The notes beneath the pieces were generated by a model. The model ran no database searches and was not told the DNA's origin. It worked only from the letters and a program-made list of their open reading frames with translations. A DNA stretch of 62,637 nucleotides, filler included, from Polymyxa betae A26-41 (taxonomy: Eukaryota > Protista > Endomyxa: Phytomyxea): NCBI GenBank assembly GCA_003693705.1. It is 4 parts of 4 records of this genome, joined end to end, with 100 filler letters (N's around TTAATTAATTAA, not from the genome) between each part and the next. Parts side by side here need not be neighbours in the genome. Positions count along the whole stretch, not along the records: positions 30,869 to 60,169 come from RBZT01000859.1; 3 more parts are not named here. The stretch is one strand, 5' to 3'. Each line of letters opens with the position of its first letter. Position 1 is the stretch's first letter. This document shows positions 48,746-60,088 of this stretch, in pieces. The position numbers were made by a program, and so were the translations under genes.

Positions 48746-50665
48746 TTAGAAAACATATTGATCGAGGCGGACCGTGAACTTGGGCGTTTTCACCATCTTG
48801 CCTGTTTTCTCATTGTACATGATGATGACAAGTTGGTCCTGGATTTTCTCCAACGGCAACTGCTTGAGAAGCTGGTGATAGCCGTCGGTGATATCAACGG
48901 GACGATCTCGCTGGTACCGAGCTCGCAATCCACCAGATCCTTCAATGAGGATGACCCCAATAACCGTATCCTTGACGACGATTTCCACCCTGAATGGCGA
49001 CTCCGTCAGAGGGACTTCACAAAGCGACAGAATCATGTGCATTTTGGGTGGCGAAGCGAACAGCTCCGGGATCGCCTTGTACGGACATGTCACGTTTTGA
49101 GTTGAAACAACAGGAACAGGAGGGCGCCGCTTCTTGTCATCGCCGTCCATGGTCTCCTGCTGAACGGCCAGACTGTGCGTCGCCGACGAGTACGATTTCA
49201 GCGGCAGCGATGATGTGGCGCTCATGTATCTTGGCGGGGATGATGCATTGGACCAACCCCAGTTGCCACCGAACGACCACGCCACAGAAGCAACAACCTT
49301 GGACATTTCGCCGGGGTGTTTGGGGGGCTTGACATCGGTGAAATGGGTAGTATTGTGGGCGACGGCATTGTATCCCTTTCCTTCCGGATTTGGCTGCTTT
49401 CCTGTGGTTCCCTTCATTCTCGGCGCGGTCGCATTGCTCGATCCATGACCGTCGCGGACATCGGACTGGGCGGTTGGACCCGGCATCGAATTGCCGGAAT
49501 GGCTGGTGGAATCGAGGAAGTTGCCGGTGGGCGGGACCGGGTCTCCGTCCAAACCGTGAATGGCACCCGCACCGGGGACGGCGCCGAAAAATCGGCCACT
49601 GTCAACCCAGCCGGTGGCCGAAGAAATATTGGGAGCAGGTACGTCCTCAGTGTGCCATTCGTGGTTGTCACTGGTGGTCATTCCAAGTCCGCCGAGACCA
49701 GGCGTGGTTCCGTTTCCTGCCGAAATATGTTAACAAAGGAAACGTGACGATAAACGGCGAGCAGTTATACCTGCAATAACCATGCCCTGGTAGGATCGCT
49801 CTGAGTTATCAGCAGAGAACGCCGAATCGCCCAGATGTGCTTGAATGTGCCCAACGCGCATCAGCATGGCGACGTGAGCGCCGTTGGTCGCGTTTAAATC
49901 ATTACCGTCAATATGCCCATCGGTGGGCATCTGGACCGGATGTGCAGCCGCGCGAGCGAGTTCCTCCTTCCAATCACCATTGGGATCCCAGCGCGATGAA
50001 TCATTCACGACGATGGCACCGCTGAATGGACCCGACAGGCCTTTCAGCTGTTGTGTAGCCGCCGATGGCGGCTTCGTCGAGTTGTGATTCAGGGTCCAGC
50101 GCCACCAGATTCGGTCAACGTTGGCGAGCGCCATCCAGTAGAGGACGTCGCGGGGCGCCGTATCCAGCGTCGCCACATCACCGCCCAGCGAAGCCAGCAC
50201 GGACTCGAACAAATTTTCGAGCTGAACGGAGAGATGCGAGAAGTCGAGCTGAGCGAACGCCATGATCTCCAACAATAGAAATGTTTCGGTAGGGTATGGC
50301 GAGACCGGCTTTCGCTTCGTGGAGAAGAGCGGGTTAAGGCCATTGGTCGACCGAACGCGCGGCTCCAGAGTCAGGGGCGGGATGGGCTCCAGACTGAAAT
50401 CCCAATAAGGGACAGGGTACTGTAGTAGGTCCTCTAATTGGTGAAGGGCGTGGCGGTGCCATGGCAGGAAGGCGGGGGTCCCGTGAGATGAGAAGGGGTC
50501 CGAAGAAAGCTTGGCGAATTCAGGCGATGCCGACGCCGCGATCCAGGCAGAGCGCAGCTGTTCGATATCGGTGTCGTAGAGTTCGGACGCCGCTTTTCGA
50601 TTGCCGGTGAAGTTCTGGCTGGCTAGGCAGGTCGCCAGACTGGCGATGATGATAAAAACGAGCAT
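48746..50665 (-). CDS. Secreted tyrosinase-like protein lacking CuB histidines, with a long C-terminal extension (2 exons, intron 49717-49770)
   Basis: Signal peptide MLVFIIIASLATCLA; SHGTPAFLPWHR...LE..L..PVPYWDFS; CuB region LENLFESVLASLGGDV...APRDVLYWMALANVDRIWWRW. A 54-nt GT-AG intron joins the two ORFs in frame. Confidence 0.85.
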
Positions 50666-50796
50666 GACGTTTGGGGCTGTCGGGATTAGACGCCGATTTT
50701 CGAAGTGAATCCCCGGATCGAGTCACTTCGGAAGTGGTCGCCGGATGGTGGCGAATGATTCATCGTCAATGGTGCGTGCAATGACTCATCGTCTCC

Positions 50797-51146
50797 ATGA
50801 AATCTTGGCAATGATGGACGGTGGGGCCTCCAGGTTGCGCCAACCCAGTGCTGCAGGCTCCCTTTGAAAGAGCCTTCTATCAATCTATGGAGGCGGGACC
50901 TTTCAATCTTCTCAATGAAACCTTCGTTATGATGGACGGGGGCCCCCAGGCTGCGCCACCTCAGTGCTGCAGGCTCCCTTTGAATGAGCCTTCTATCACT
51001 CTGTGGAGGCGGGACCTTTCAATCTTCTTTATGAAATCTTGGCTATGATGGACGTGGGGGCCTCCAGGCTGCGCCAACCCAGTGCTGCAGGCTCCCTTTG
51101 AGAGAGCCTTCTGTCAATTTATGGAGGCGCGACCTTCAAGCCTCTC
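50797..51146. repeat. Three tandem 116-118-bp non-coding units with conserved internal stems
   Basis: Units start at 50797, 50915 and 51031. Each has GCC(T/C)CCA...TGGAGGC enclosing AGGCTC-loop-GAGCCT. Confidence 0.92.
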
Positions 51147-51551
51147 GATCCATTCTCCTTCTAGGTTCGATTCGATTCGTTTCTGTTGAGACGGATTGAT
51201 TGTGGCTGCCGCCGACGTCGCCGTGACCGAGTCGCAATGTCATCAGAGCGATATCGTTAGCTATGCAGCAAAGGTCAAGAAGCTATCTTTGGACCCGCTG
51301 CCAAAGTTCCTTTGAGTGATATTGATTCTCGTTGCCATTTCTGTCAACCCGTCGCCGGTCATTGTGTCATCGCATCCGATCAAATCAAGCTGTTTATCAC
51401 ACCACCTACAAAATTGCTTCGAAAATGGGGCCTTCACATCGGCGTCGGGCATTCTCTTTCTGAGCGGTATCCTTTTTAATTATTTGGCTTTTCGCCTGCT
51501 CTTACATCATTCTTTTAATACAAGGATCGGTACGGCCAGGGCGATCCGATT

Positions 51552-53012
51552 ATGATCAAGCGCCGGGAGCGGCCCCGATCGGCCGGCGTCCTCTGCCATG
51601 CCGGCGTGTCGCCCAGGCATCTGCCTCGCCGCACGACACCCGTCGTCGTCGCACCGCTTAGTCGTCGACGACAGCCTCGGCCCGCTCGCCTGCGACGCGA
51701 ATTCATCTCGGCCCCAAAACCGGTCGCCCCAACCCCCGCACCGCCGCCCCGAGTCGATGTCGTGCTGGCTCAGCTCCGCGAGCACTTTCAACGCCATAAC
51801 TCGCTGACGCGTTCGTTTCTACATTGGGACGTGGATCGGAATGGGCGACTGTCTCGAGACGAGCTGGCCCAGCTGGTCGACGACCAAGGAGTCCGCGTCT
51901 CCGAAGCCGAACTCGGTTCGCTGTACACCCGAATGCTGGGTCACGAGAACTGCATCCGATACGAGGATTTCGCGCGCGTTCTGGCCCCGGTCGAAGAGAA
52001 CAACGCCCCGCAGGGCCTGGCGATCGATGGTTCTCGCCCGACGCCCGCGACGAAGTCTCCGTATCCGATCACCGCCGAACGCGCTATCCAGCTCCTATCA
52101 GATCGGATGCGACGCTTAGCACGGCCGACAGCGGCAGTTCGGTGTTGGGACGATGGTCACGAGGGCGTTATCAAGCGCGATCGCGTACGAACCGCGTTGC
52201 AGCGCTGCAACTTCAACCTGAGCGAGGCTGAGCTCGACGAATTCATCGCAGGCTTTGATGGAGCCAGTACGGAGGTGATTCCGGTTGGCTCGTTCATGAA
52301 GCGGATGCTGCATATCGGAGACTCGGATACGGACGCTGACCAGGCTGATCATGAAGGGTTCAATCCGTATCGGGGTAGACGGAGACCGAGACCGATGACG
52401 GCAGAGCCGCGCGTCGCCACAGCCGACTTCGACCAGCGAACGCTGTTCCCGTTCTTCGCTGAGCTCCAGCGGCGGTTTGGCGATAAACCTCGCCGCATGT
52501 TCCGTTACCTGGACGAGGACAACGATGGTGTTGTGACGCTGAGCGACCTTCACAAGAGTACAGCTGTCTCTATGTTTCAATCAGGCAGCGTTAACATGTC
52601 TTCAGGTCTGGCGTTACGTTCGGCGGGCGAAGTCAACGAGATCTGGGACGCGCTTGGGATCTCCCAACGTCTCGATTTCGCCGATTTCGTGACGATTCTG
52701 AACCGGGTCGAGTGCGGACCGGCGCCCAGTGCGAAAGTGCTTCAGAATCGTTCCGCAGCATCATCGCTGCCGAGGTCACGTTCGACCAACCATATCGAAG
52801 CGCCTTGCGGTACGCCGGCGCACGCGACCGCCATGGAGCGATTCGATCGCGGCCGCGCAGTACCAGAGCCATCGCGTGTTAGCCGTCTTGGATATCGGCG
52901 GCCGAATCGGCGCCGATCGGCGAGCTATGCGTCCCGTAATCGGTCCAGTCCCGTAATCTGTGACAACGTCGGATGCGTCGGTGAATATGCCGCTGCCACC
53001 GTTCAACCCTAA
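51552..53012 (+). CDS. EF-hand domain-containing protein
   Basis: EF loops WDVDRNGRLSRDEL, WDDGHEGVIKRDRV and LDEDNDGVVTLSDL; probable in-frame intron 52558-52605. Confidence 0.88.
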   Translation: MIKRRERPRSAGVLCHAGVSPRHLPRRTTPVVVAPLSRRRQPRPARLRREFISAPKPVAPTPAPPPRVDVVLAQLREHFQRHNSLTRSFLHWDVDRNGRLSRDELAQLVDDQGVRVSEAELGSLYTRMLGHENCIRYEDFARVLAPVEENNAPQGLAIDGSRPTPATKSPYPITAERAIQLLSDRMRRLARPTAAVRCWDDGHEGVIKRDRVRTALQRCNFNLSEAELDEFIAGFDGASTEVIPVGSFMKRMLHIGDSDTDADQADHEGFNPYRGRRRPRPMTAEPRVATADFDQRTLFPFFAELQRRFGDKPRRMFRYLDEDNDGVVTLSDLHKSTAVSMFQSGSVNMSSGLALRSAGEVNEIWDALGISQRLDFADFVTILNRVECGPAPSAKVLQNRSAASSLPRSRSTNHIEAPCGTPAHATAMERFDRGRAVPEPSRVSRLGYRRPNRRRSASYASRNRSSPVICDNVGCVGEYAAATVQP

Positions 53013-53399
53013 ACTAGAAATAACCGGCAACGATCTGGCTGCCGAGTGTCTACTGAGTCTGTGCTTACATCTTTGACGAAAAAACGATGTTTAAAATGAA
53101 AAGAGACCCTCTTCATAATCAGCAGTTAAAGATATGACGATGCGTCAGCTCTGGCACAGAAGTGGGAAGATGTTCCAGCAAGCACTGTTCATTCTTGCTG
53201 TCTTTGATTTCATTCATTGCATGCACGACAATTCCGATTGTTGTTGTGACCTTTTCAGAATGGTTGTAGTCCTGTTTTTTGAAAAATAATCGCAGTTAGT
53301 TCAGTACCTTATCGCCTTTATTGAATTAATGCCGCCCAGCCTTCTGTCGCCAGCCAAGGCGAATAAAAAAAGTCAAAGAAACAGCAGTCACGTTATCAA

Positions 53400-55096
53400 T
53401 TTCAATCCCAGATTCCTCCTCATGCTAATATTCAAGAAATTATCATATCCGTTTCATGAGCGAGCAGGGTCGAGCTACAACCACGGCGAATTTCAGGAAA
53501 ATAAATTTCAAACTTTTCGTGTCTCAGGGCTCTGGTTGCTACCGATATGCGAATCACCACGTTTAGCGGCTTCTTCCAGGTGGTCAGTAAGGACGTACTG
53601 GTCGGCGTCAACATCCTTCGGGAACATGGCTCACGTTGGATGGATCCGAAGAGTAACCGCGAGAACGCGGATCCTCAAGACAGACCATGATAAAGCCCGG
53701 AAGTCCGAGCGTACCTTTGGGCGGCTTTCCCCATCCAGATTCAGGGCGATTTCTCTCCTAGATCCACATATGCCTTTTCAGAATTGAAAAGCATCGTCTG
53801 ATATCCATCCTGGTTCAGCTTGTCTATGAAATCGTAAAATATGGAATCGAAGAATAGGGTTTTAGGGTTTCGGTTTGTTTGGCGTTCGCACTGCGTCAGG
53901 TCTATTTGATTCGGACTTGTCCTTTTCGTAGTTCTGTCATCACTGAGTTGATGAACGAAAGCAAAGATCAACGAATCAGATTCCATCGAATATTGATCCT
54001 GATGAACTAGTTCGGAGACCCCATAAAATGAAAATCCAATTCCGGATACGACAGGCAGCCTCCATACTTTTGGCATTCGGAGTTTTTAATGCCGCAAACG
54101 CGAAACTACGGAGGACTGCATACGGGCGTCCAGCATTGCTTTGGTACAGATTAGAGAAGCCGGATGGAAACAGATATGATTCGGCTGATGATAGGCCCGA
54201 ACACCGAAGTGAAGCGATGCCATTAATGGCGCCATGATTTCGACGTTGCCAGAAGCCAAGAGAATCTTCTCACTCGGTATATTCGGCTCGATATAGTGAA
54301 TCGTCACATCTGGCGGCTCAGAAATCACCTCCTTTGAACTGTTGGAATCGCATTTGCGACAGAATCTGCAGAGGGCTTCTGCTGGTTTATCACAACGAAG
54401 AACTCGAACCTAACAAACCAAGTGCTGTTAGATCGATGCATTCGAAGTTCAAGTTTATTTATGAATCAATACCGCTGCTAAAGCATGAATCCTGACTGAC
54501 TTCGGAACAAAGAGATCACATCATCGGACTTTCAGCCTGCGAAGTCGGAACCAACGAGTACCATGCGTGAGGCATCCCTGAAAACTTGGAATTTTTCCGG
54601 ACTGAGAAACATAACCAGACGTTGATCTCCTGTCATCAGCAGTCTGTGGAATCGGAAGAAGCAGTTCACGGCATTTCTGCATGAAATCCAGAGTATAGAG
54701 ATGCCCATATTTTCAGGTGCCTTTCAGGTCACGAGAAATCCTTTCAACGTCATGTGGTGTTTTTCATGCGAACGCAGAAAATACTCCGTACAGTAACGCT
54801 CTTTTGTAAGTGCGAATTCGAGTTTTTTGCCTTTGCGTGCTTCTCGACGAGAGAGAAAGCGAGACATCGCATTCGAGAGTTCGGGCGCCTCCATCATCGC
54901 ACTCTCCAATTCAAAAAAGACAAAACAGCTTCGGCATATTGTCAAAGTGGCTGAAGCCCGGCGTTGACAATTCGCAAGGGCTCCGGACGCGCTGGTGGCC
55001 ACGAGACTGAACCTGCCTGACGAAGGCGAACTCGTGCAAACCACTCGTACGGGGATCCCAGTCGGTTAAAACCCTAACCACCATAATCTCCATCAT
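53400..55096 (-). CDS. Probable multi-exon hypothetical gene
   Basis: A series of minus-strand ORF segments (54911-55096, 54724-55044, 54086-54328, 53741-54076) fills the space between island genes. Exon structure is unresolved. Confidence 0.3.
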
Positions 55097-55409
55097 ATGA
55101 AGCTGCCACCAGTAGTTTCACCTTAAGAGACATTTGTCTCAAAGTGATTGAAATTTTTTGAAATTTTCGTGAAAAGTTTAGTTTTATTTTCGATTTTTTT
55201 CAATTTTCTATCTAATCTTTCATAATGTACCTTTTTCTGGTCGTATGGAGCCAATAACGAATATTTGAAAGGTATTTCAAACTTACTTTCAGTTATTGGA
55301 ATTTTCAAAGGGAAACGCGACCCCATTAACAGAGTGACACTCCGACACAGATCTGTGTTTCCGCCTTCGAAAAAATCCAAGCTGTCTGCAGCAGCTGATT
55401 GCGTTTTCG

Positions 55410-56594
55410 ATGCGACCGCGATTTTTTGATAGTAGACAGGTCGCATATGGAGCCTTATTGCTGTCTTGGGCCACTTTAGTGTACGTCGCCTGGAACTCCG
55501 AATCCTTCATCTCGTTCGGCTCGTCGCTCTTCAACAATCCGAACACGGCGGCGCCCGACTTCTGGCCGATCGAGTCCGTCTCTCAACGGCAACCGAATTC
55601 GGAAACCTGTCAAAATGTGACGATGAGATCGGCGTTTTCGTCGGTGCCAACGAAGCCGATTCTGTCTGCAGAACGCCATTGTTCGATGCGCGATTGGACC
55701 AAAGGCGATTGGATCTATTCGGGCGATGCGAACGACACCTTGCAGAGGACCGGTCTCGATATGACGTATCTCAACCGTTTCCAGCCCGATTACGACAACG
55801 CCGAACGCCAATCGTGGCTGTGGGAATGGCGATCGAATTCGTCGCGATGTCAGACGATGCCTCCGTTCGATCCGATTCGATTATGCTCGGCGCTTGGTCG
55901 CGGATCGATCCTGTTCGTGGGCGATTCGCTTCAGGCGAATATGATCGCCGCCTTTCGCCATCAATTGGAATCGAATCGGCGCGACGCGCTTCACGAGCGA
56001 CCCTGTCAGAATCCGCAATGGAGCGACGAATACGAACAATCGGTCGTCGTCTGTCCATCGGGCGCTCGGCTCGACTACATCCGCAACGATCATCTCTCGT
56101 TAACGGATCACGACGATCTCGAATGCCACGATCGTTGCTTTCCCTGGATTCAGGCCGTAAATCAATACGATTTCCTGTTTCTGAACACGGGATTACACAC
56201 GCTGGATATCGATCTGTTTCAGTTCCAAACTCGTCAAACGGTCGAGTATCTTCGCGAGCATTATCATGGTCGTGTAATCTATCGGTTGGCGTCCGAAGGC
56301 CATGAGAATTGTATGGATTATAACCGGCCTTGGACGAATGCTGAATTTGCAACGCTCGATTCCGTTCATCGAAGTAAACCGTATCGATGGCACTTTGTCG
56401 ATTCGTATAACGATATCGCCTGGAAGTGGTATTCGACTCTACCGGGAGCGGTGATTCTCGACTCGAATGCGATCGTCAGACTTCGACCGGATGTTCATAG
56501 ATCAAAGGGGGACTGCCTTCATCACACCATTCCGGGGCCCTGGGACTATACTGTTCTCATGCTTTATTACGTCTTGGTTGGAGATTTTTCTTGA
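55410..56594 (+). CDS. TBL/PC-esterase (SGNH-type) polysaccharide O-acetyltransferase-like protein with N-terminal membrane anchor
   Basis: C..DWTKGDW, WEW...C..PPFDP, ILFVGDSL (catalytic GDS), LNTGLH and LRPDVH...DCLH (DxxH). Confidence 0.9.
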   Translation: MRPRFFDSRQVAYGALLLSWATLVYVAWNSESFISFGSSLFNNPNTAAPDFWPIESVSQRQPNSETCQNVTMRSAFSSVPTKPILSAERHCSMRDWTKGDWIYSGDANDTLQRTGLDMTYLNRFQPDYDNAERQSWLWEWRSNSSRCQTMPPFDPIRLCSALGRGSILFVGDSLQANMIAAFRHQLESNRRDALHERPCQNPQWSDEYEQSVVVCPSGARLDYIRNDHLSLTDHDDLECHDRCFPWIQAVNQYDFLFLNTGLHTLDIDLFQFQTRQTVEYLREHYHGRVIYRLASEGHENCMDYNRPWTNAEFATLDSVHRSKPYRWHFVDSYNDIAWKWYSTLPGAVILDSNAIVRLRPDVHRSKGDCLHHTIPGPWDYTVLMLYYVLVGDFS

Positions 56595-56790
56595 AAATCT
56601 CGTCGGTAATGCAAAACAGATAGGATTTAATATTGGTTTTTAAAAAACGTGTGGGATTTTTCAGAAAATCGGGAAGTGGTAGCATTAAAGCCCTAAAGGC
56701 ATTATGTTCGTGTTCGGGGGCAGCACGAAACGGGACCATAGAGGATCAATTGCAAAAAGCTTCTGAGAAAATGTAGAAGTGCTGTGATAG

Positions 56791-56864
56791 ATGTTGAATA
56801 CCAGTATTGAAAACATGAAGTGAGAAAATGTTGAATACCAGTATTGAAAACATGAAGTGAGAAA
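56791..56864. repeat. Perfect 37-bp tandem duplication
   Basis: ATGTTGAATACCAGTATTGAAAACATGAAGTGAGAAA occurs twice. Confidence 0.9.
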
Positions 56865-56922
56865 GAACGAAAACTTGAATGTGTGGGAGGATTCCCCTTA
56901 GAAAAATCTATATTTTAAGCTT

Positions 56923-57255
56923 TTTGTTGATTAGCGCCAAGTTCGCGACAACGCGGCCTCCCGCACCGAACTGAGTATCAACAAGATGAGCACGATGAGT
57001 AGGAAATCAGGGAAAAAGAAAGAGCAACGCTCAAGAGTCATGTGGCCATAACGGGTGGAATGATCTGGATCACAGCCTATAGGAAATAGGGCAAAACAAT
57101 ACTTAAATTGATACGAACAAACCCTCACATAGACAGAAATGAGACTTGTTGTGATATCGAGATTTGAGGATGAGTTTTGGGTGTATTCGCTGAATTGTTT
57201 AAGATAAGTCTTTCGAGATAACGTGTTCAATACAATATACATTCATTTTCCAACA
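56923..57255. mobile_element. Solo-LTR-like element (TGTTG...CAACA) with GCTT flanks
   Basis: GCTT-TT-TGTTG at 56919-56929; CAACA-GCTT at 57251-57259. Confidence 0.6.
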
Positions 57256-58826
57256 GCTTAGGTATTTATCAGATGTAAAATGCGACACCCCAGCGGTCTG
57301 GTTTGCTCAATCAAGGTCAATAATGAATGACGTTCTCCCTTCATCAATGCTCTGTCATTGGATTAAAGGGTTTGCGATATCGGGTCGTACAGATAAACTC
57401 GCTCGCGTTGTTCATGCCAGAGGGAATCGGTTCAGAAGAGCAAGCTGACTTTCATTGTCGAAGAATATTAACATCGCGAGAAGAAATTGGATTGCGCTAA
57501 ATAAAAATACTGTAATCCAAAAAAAGTGATTCTCCACCGGGTTTTCAAGAACGAATTGCTCCGAATAAATTGGATTTTCAGAAGATTTTTCATCAAAGAG
57601 TATCAAAATTGCGCCAATGCGAGTTATTTTGCCCGTTTTAAGTAGTTTTTAAGCGCTTTTATGACAATCCAGATACCGAACTGAAAAGCGAGATTTCTGT
57701 GCAAGGCTATCAAACTAGGCACGCTTCCAGGCCTCTAAATCAACGATGTCACTTATACCTGAGCGAGAGCGTCTGCTGTCTGAAGCAGAAAGATGCCTTC
57801 AGCTGCTAATGTTGCAGCATGATTCGTGTTGATTCTCCTGTAGGCAAAAAAGCACTTGGAAATCTGCTTAATTATCTCGTTCGATTCATACTTTGCATAA
57901 GCCAGGAACGCAAGATGTAGCTCAGTTTATACAAAACTGATATTCTCTATGCTAATGCAGGTTCGTTATATTGATCCTCGGCGTCACCTACAAAGAGACC
58001 TTGGAGCGCTGCGGTTCCTACCGCTGTTGCACGCTGGATGCTGTAGTGGCATCATCATTACTCGTGGCGTCCTTTTTGTGTTTCCAAAGCCATCATCCTT
58101 TCCTTTAAAAGTTGCTCTCAGTCCAAACACTTCAATTTGCGTTTCCAATGTTAAGGGGCTGCTGGCGTTGTCACTTTGTTCTCAGGAAGTTGCGATGGTT
58201 CCAGCGGTTGGTAAAACCGTTTATGAAAGCGTGTAGAATCGGTTTTTCTGTGCGCATCTTCATCTGAATCTTTCTCCGGCTTGTGGTTTTACCCGAAGGG
58301 AGCAAAGTTTAACAATCTTGAATATTGTATGGCTCTAATTTNNNNNNNNNNNNNNNNNNNNNNNNNNNNNNNNNNNNNNNNNNNNTCTTCGTGCAATCGT
58401 CTCAGGCTTGAACGACAGATTGCCACAAAAGCGAACATCACTTGGTGCATTGAAGTTGCGATCATCTTGACCAGGTTAGCGTTCCACGTTATCTGAATCT
58501 GGTGACCCGAAACTACCGTTAGATCCACCAGCATTGCACATCTGCAAAGCGTCCTCATCGTCTGCACAGCAATACATTTGGGAGCTGAAGACAGACGTCC
58601 CTGAGAAGGGTTGCCGAGGACTAGGAAAGAATCCGCAGGGCATTCCACTTATTTTGTAACAACCGAAGGCTGGCCATTCTGGCGGTTTCTGAACAAAGCA
58701 TCCAATAGGGGAGCATCTGATTCTCCTTTTCCGAGATTGTTTTGGTGCCATATTGTTCATCTATCACATACAAACCGAGTCTTGTCTGTGCTGTTAACAC
58801 AGAGTCTGTTGTTTTCTAGCGATTGA

Positions 58827-59190
58827 TAGGGGTGTCCAAAGTTCGGTTCAAAAAATCGGTTAACCGGTCAAAAGTTCATAGACGTGCGCTTGCGGCATTT
58901 TCTCAATCTCTTTCTCATTCGATCTCACTTCTCCGCTAATGAGCGATTCAGTGGACTCTGTCCCAGTGTCTCTCGGGATCGGAGCCAGAATGTCAGGTCC
59001 AGGCTGCGTCGGCCTTCCAGCAGCGCGGCATCGTTGCTGCGTCAGAGGCATCTGGATTGAATGCAACGGCACTCAAGAGCTACACTGCACCAAAACAGGT
59101 CGTAAACGTAGAGATTCCTCCTACTCGTCGTGGGTGTGGTCGTATTACAAGACGCGATGGACGGATTCTTTTGCAATCAATGTACCAAAG
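58827..59190 (+). mobile_element. hAT element 5' end with BED zinc-finger remnant
   Basis: TAGGGGTG terminus with TCGGTT/AACCG subterminal motifs; SWVWSYYK, then after a frameshift FFCNQC. Confidence 0.7.
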
Positions 59191-59225
59191 CACACTGAAG
59201 CGCCATCTGGCCGTTTAACACAAAA

Positions 59226-60088
59226 TTGAGCAAAACGGAAAAACTGGCGACGAAAACCAAAGTACCCTGTATTCCTCAGGTCAAGTTGTCGACCCCATGG
59301 AAGTTGACGATACAACCAAACATTCTAAAGCACCTTGTCAGATTTATTTTCGATAACAAGCAGCCTTTCTCATTAGAATGGACGCTGAATGCCGTGAAAA
59401 GAATTACTTTACCGGATCCACATTCAGCAACGAAACTGTACTGGCTGCCCATAAATGGCTTAACTCTGAAAAAGTATACCAGTGGATGATAGAAAAAGCG
59501 AATGCCGAAACCATCGCTACATCCAATAATGCTGAAAAGACTGCTAGCAAGAAGGCCGCAGAGCCGAAAACCAAGAATCTTAAAAAAACCATCCATAAAA
59601 AAAAGGTATGTGAGGGACAAATAAACATTATCGGTAAGATACATGTCCCCAAATTTATATATGAATTGTTACAGTGTGGTAATAAATTCATTATAGAGTG
59701 CGCCCAAAGGCCCAAAGAAATCCCAGAAATAAAGCTGGGTGCTCCCGACCCTACTCTTAAACTATCCAATAAACAGAAATTTGTTCTTGATAAATATAAT
59801 ATTTCTCAAGATCTATTGGGCGAGCTCGAAGAATTCTTTTTATTCTGCGAACGTGTAGGCAACATCCCGCCAGGTTACATGTGGCATATACTCTGGACTA
59901 GTCTTAAAACACCAGTTGAGTTAAATCAATCGGTTTTCAATCCAGATATATTCAAAAAAAATAAAAATCCATATAAAAGACTGGAAAGTTTCCTTTTAGC
60001 CAGAAGAATTGTCATAAAACTAGCAGATAAAAATGCTGGAATGACACTAATGCCGGAAGAAGGGTTAGGGTTAGGAGCTTATAGATAA
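59226..60088 (+). mobile_element. Penelope-like element ORF fragment (region just upstream of the RT core), 3' truncated
   Basis: ELLQCGNKF (cf. LLxKGxKF) and IVIKLADKNAGMTLM (cf. IVIKPADKGxxxVVM) are characteristic Penelope-like motifs. The ORF then runs into AGGGTTAGGGTTAGG. Confidence 0.75.

Noticed and set aside
50797-51146. CRISPR array, 5S rRNA, tRNA-Sec or hammerhead ribozyme
   Set aside because: There are no unique spacers and the context is eukaryotic. It lacks 5S sequence, tRNA D and T arms, and the CUGANGA/GAAA core.
54610-54645. DDRRSTSGYV peptide on the minus strand resembling Copia RNase H
   Set aside because: The flanking SDW/ADW and ISWxS motifs are absent, so it is probably coincidental.
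55466-56352. Long overlapping ORFs (55466-56305 plus, 55771-56352 minus, and similar ones at 48-53 kb)
   Set aside because: They are shadow frames of GC-rich coding genes with Arg/Ser-rich, motif-free translations.
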